From an uncultured Gammaproteobacteria bacterium (GTDB lineage Bacteria; Pseudomonadota; Gammaproteobacteria; Pseudomonadales; UBA5518): a stretch of DNA of 64,000 nt. The stretch lies in the NCBI GenBank assembly GCA_903928015.1, contig CAIYPF010000132.1:5138-69137 (forward strand). The letters are read 5' to 3'. Below the pieces are notes generated by a model. It was not told the DNA's origin. It worked only from the letters and a program-made list of their open reading frames with translations, and did not search any database. Shown in pieces: positions 62,856-64,000 of the stretch (positions are counted from its first letter, which is position 1; each line of letters begins with the position of its first letter). The position numbers and the translations under genes are program-made.

Positions 62856-64000
62856 GGAGCGGGTGAGGCGCTGTTGCGCAGGTTCTCCGCAATACGACCC
62901 AGGGTGCGATCCACCAGCGGCGTGTCCTCGATCAGGAACAGGAAGCCGATCTGGAGTTCGTAGGCGAAGAGCTTGCGGGATTTCTCCCAGATGGTGGCGC
63001 CGCTGCGGTCGGAGAAGATCAGCGTGCGCGATTCCTCGATGCGTGCCGAGAGCTTGCAGCGACGGGTCACACCACTGCGCGGGTCCTTGTACTCGAGCCA
63101 GCTTCCCACCGGCACGGCATCGGCTTTCTGCAGTGACTCGAACATCAGCACCTCGCCGATCGGACGGCCTCCCGCGAGCGGGTCGGGCCGCGGCGAGTTC
63201 CGGGACGGGATTGGCGGTGGCGGCGTCACGCTGACCGGCACCTCCGGCGCCGCGGGAGCGCTGCGTGGCGTGTCGGCCAGCATCTCGCGGTGCAGCGCCC
63301 GGATCACGTCCACGCGCGCTTCGGCGTCGGCGGTGTGGCTTTGCGTCTGTCCGAGCCCGGACTCGAGCCGGGCGTAGAGTTGCTGCAGTCCCGCTTCGAA
63401 TTCGGCGTGCGCGCCTTGCGGGGGTTTGCTGCGCACCGAGGCGACCAGATCCCCGACCATCTGCACGGCGTCCTGCCACTCGGCGCTGGCGACGCCGCGT
63501 CGCAGGTGGAACAGCTGCATCACGCGCTGCCAGTCGCGCATCAGGAAATCCACCACCGGTGCCGGCAGGGTCACGCCCTCGATGCGGTCACGCAGGGCCT
63601 GGTAGACCGCATCGCGTGCGGCGTTGGTGCGGGCTTCGGCCTCGGATCTCTCGGCCGTGCGGCGCTCGATTTTCATGGCCCGCTGTTCGGTGCGCGTGGC
63701 GTGTTCCATCAGGCGTCCGGCCGCGGTGCGGTAGGTGCCGGGTTCGTTGTCGCCCGTGAGCACTTCTTCCACCACGGCGCGCAACTGCTCGAGCAGGGCG
63801 CTCTGGGCTTCGGCGTTTTCGGGATCCCAGCCAAGGCCTGCACGCGCCATCAGATCGATCAGCTGCCGTGCCGGGTGCGTGACGTCCGCGAAGAAACTGT
63901 TGTCGTGCAGCGCGAGCCGCAGTATCGGCAACTGCAGCCTTGCGATCATGGCCTGGATTTCGAGCGGCAGGTTCCGGTCCGCGTTCACCGTGTCGAAGAA
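62852..64000 (-). CDS. DUF1631-family protein, C-terminal part (5' end beyond the window)
   Basis: The frame is open to the window edge (..FFDTVNADRNLPLEIQAMIARLQLPILRLAL...). The C-terminal segment GSWLEYKDPRSGVTRRCKLSARIEESRTLIFSDRSG...PLVDRTLGRI resembles DUF1631 proteins as I remember them. Confidence 0.6.
   Translation of the reverse strand, partial: FFDTVNADRNLPLEIQAMIARLQLPILRLALHDNSFFADVTHPARQLIDLMARAGLGWDPENAEAQSALLEQLRAVVEEVLTGDNEPGTYRTAAGRLMEHATRTEQRAMKIERRTAERSEAEARTNAARDAVYQALRDRIEGVTLPAPVVDFLMRDWQRVMQLFHLRRGVASAEWQDAVQMVGDLVASVRSKPPQGAHAEFEAGLQQLYARLESGLGQTQSHTADAEARVDVIRALHREMLADTPRSAPAAPEVPVSVTPPPPIPSRNSPRPDPLAGGRPIGEVLMFESLQKADAVPVGSWLEYKDPRSGVTRRCKLSARIEESRTLIFSDRSGATIWEKSRKLFAYELQIGFLFLIEDTPLVDRTLGRIAENLRNSASPAP

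Noticed and set aside
62856-63479. N-terminal 208 codons of the 639-aa track ORF 61560..63479
   Set aside because: This part overlaps the DUF1631 gene (62852-64000) in a different frame and is Arg/Ala/Gly-rich. The amine-oxidase-like sequence begins only around the GTG at 62855.

Overview
This is a high-GC (roughly two-thirds G+C by eye), densely coding chromosomal window from a Gram-negative, proteobacterium-like genome. I support about 54 protein-coding genes. I found no rRNA, tRNA, CRISPR array, transposase or integrase. Most long ORFs in the six-frame track are antisense or out-of-frame shadow ORFs, as expected for high-GC DNA, and I rejected them. Gene content in order: a partial MFS transporter; an operon of aldehyde dehydrogenase, GMC oxidoreductase and Ldh2-family oxidoreductase; a solitary type IVa pilin; an FAD oxidoreductase; a Rieske oxygenase; a SAM methyltransferase; ybiT and ppnP; a solitary flagellin whose variable region carries an HExxH metalloprotease module; folD; a secreted hypothetical protein; a sulfotransferase-like gene next to a Tat-signal sulfatase; a PQQ dehydrogenase with a TorF-type porin; an HlyD/ABC/ABC-2 efflux set; a Cu-type P-type ATPase; an SDR; and a sodium:solute symporter. 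An ~18.5 kb capsule locus follows at 28978-47486, with kpsM-kpsT-kpsE-kpsD, five glycosyltransferase proteins and four sulfotransferase-type domains. After it come an M28/PA peptidase, an operon of aminotransferase, TauE-family exporter, FAD oxidase and hydrolase, a dipeptidase, outer-membrane and membrane proteins, an OpgC-like protein, an Asp/Asn hydroxylase-fold protein, an amine oxidase and a partial DUF1631 gene. The most interesting items are: (1) the kps-type export locus loaded with sulfotransferases, a candidate heavily sulfated capsule, which includes a glycosyltransferase-like/sulfotransferase/TPR fusion; (2) the protease-bearing flagellin, isolated from other flagellar genes but preceded by a good sigma-28 promoter; (3) a flavin amine oxidase whose C-terminal FAD-binding segment appears to have moved to the N-terminus (circular permutation). 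All functional calls come from my reading of the translated sequences and motifs. No database search was run.
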